Of a stretch of DNA of 64,000 bases, positions 63,480-64,000 are shown in pieces (positions within the stretch are counted from its first letter, which is position 1; every line of letters begins with the position of its first letter). The DNA is taken from positions 2,236-66,235 of the forward strand of contig DASTMV010000054.1 of assembly GCA_035713885.1 (NCBI GenBank), given 5' to 3'. The notes beneath the pieces are model-generated. The model did not search any database, had not been told where the DNA came from, and saw only the letters and a list, made by a program, of their open reading frames with translations. The stretch is from Candidatus Udaeobacter sp. (GTDB lineage Bacteria; Verrucomicrobiota; Verrucomicrobiia; Chthoniobacterales; UBA10450). The translations under genes and the position numbers were made by a program.

Positions 63480-64000
63480 ATGTTTAAACTATCGGATTAC
63501 GATGTCATAGTTGTAGGTAGCGGTCATGCCGGTATTGAAGCTGCACTAGCTTCCGCCCGGATCGGTTGCCGTACGCTCATGTTGACGCAGAATTTGGACA
63601 CCATTGGCCAAATGTCCTGTAATCCAGCTATCGGAGGTTTAGCCAAAGGACATATAGTGCGGGAAATCGATGCAATGGGCGGAGCGATGGGAGCTAACGC
63701 TGATGCAACTGGAATCCAGTTTCGAATCCTCAACCGCCGAAAAGGACCGTCAGTGCGGGCACCGCGGGTGCAATGTGACAAAAAGGCCTACCAGTTTCGA
63801 ATGAAGGCAATTTTGGAGCAGACCACGAATCTGGATCTGAAACAAGCTACGGTGTCTCGGATTGTAGTCCGGGATGGGGCAGTTCTTGCTGTTGAGACGG
63901 ACATAGGCGTAATTATTCCCGGCTCGAGTGTCGTCGTTACTTCTGGAACATTTTTGCGGGGTCTATTGCACGTTGGAGAGAATACAAAGCCGGGAGGAAG
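63480..64000 (+). CDS. mnmG: tRNA uridine 5-carboxymethylaminomethyl modification enzyme MnmG (5' partial, runs off the window)
   Basis: Hand translation from ATG 63480 gives MFKLSDYDVIVVGSGHAGIEAALASARIGCRTLMLTQNLDTIGQMSCNPAIGGLAKGHIVREIDAMGG... Absent from the ORF track because there is no stop in the window. Confidence 0.9.
   Translation, partial: MFKLSDYDVIVVGSGHAGIEAALASARIGCRTLMLTQNLDTIGQMSCNPAIGGLAKGHIVREIDAMGGAMGANADATGIQFRILNRRKGPSVRAPRVQCDKKAYQFRMKAILEQTTNLDLKQATVSRIVVRDGAVLAVETDIGVIIPGSSVVVTSGTFLRGLLHVGENTKPGG

Noticed and set aside
63524-63781. 85-aa minus-strand ORF
   Set aside because: It is antisense to the clearly recognisable mnmG N-terminus (FAD-binging GSGHAG motif).

Overview
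Gene-dense 64-kb chromosomal segment with about 60 protein genes, 3 tRNAs and moderate GC. It comes from a diderm bacterium. A 51-aa small-basic-protein ORF, SecG with a long Pro/Ser/Ala tail, a CSLREA-like adhesin N-terminus, a GT39 transferase and a large sulfatase suggest Verrucomicrobiota/PVC (inference only). All calls come from reading the six-frame track and raw sequence and recalling family motifs; no search was run. Most genes are housekeeping or core metabolism: fumC, pckG, prfA, rpmE, gmhA, mazG, secG, putA, glgX, metF, mnmG, dsbD. The main organised feature is a co-directional minus-strand phosphate/polyphosphate array, phoB-phoR-pstSCAB-phoU-ppk1-ROK kinase-sixA (17.9-28.2 kb). 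It faces a divergent putative phosphate porin. A shared G[TC]CA[CT]-N6-GTAAC candidate Pho-box occurs in three nearby promoters, and a second ROK paralog and a split CYTH/CHAD pair lie close by. Candidate under-described modules: (1) a bacterial lipase-maturation-factor (LMF1-like) gene in an apparent operon with an SGNH hydrolase, convergent on a PlsC-alpha/beta-hydrolase fusion; (2) a Host_attach/baeRF1-like protein followed by a short HPF/RaiA-like ribosome factor; (3) a split AgrE/ArgZ-like pair for arginine to ornithine to proline; (4) two paralogous small tail-anchored proteins. I found genes missing from the ORF track (small basic protein at 39709-39864, 5' part of mnmG at 63480-64000) and two probable gene remnants. 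I recognised no CRISPR array, transposase, integrase, reverse transcriptase or defence hallmark.
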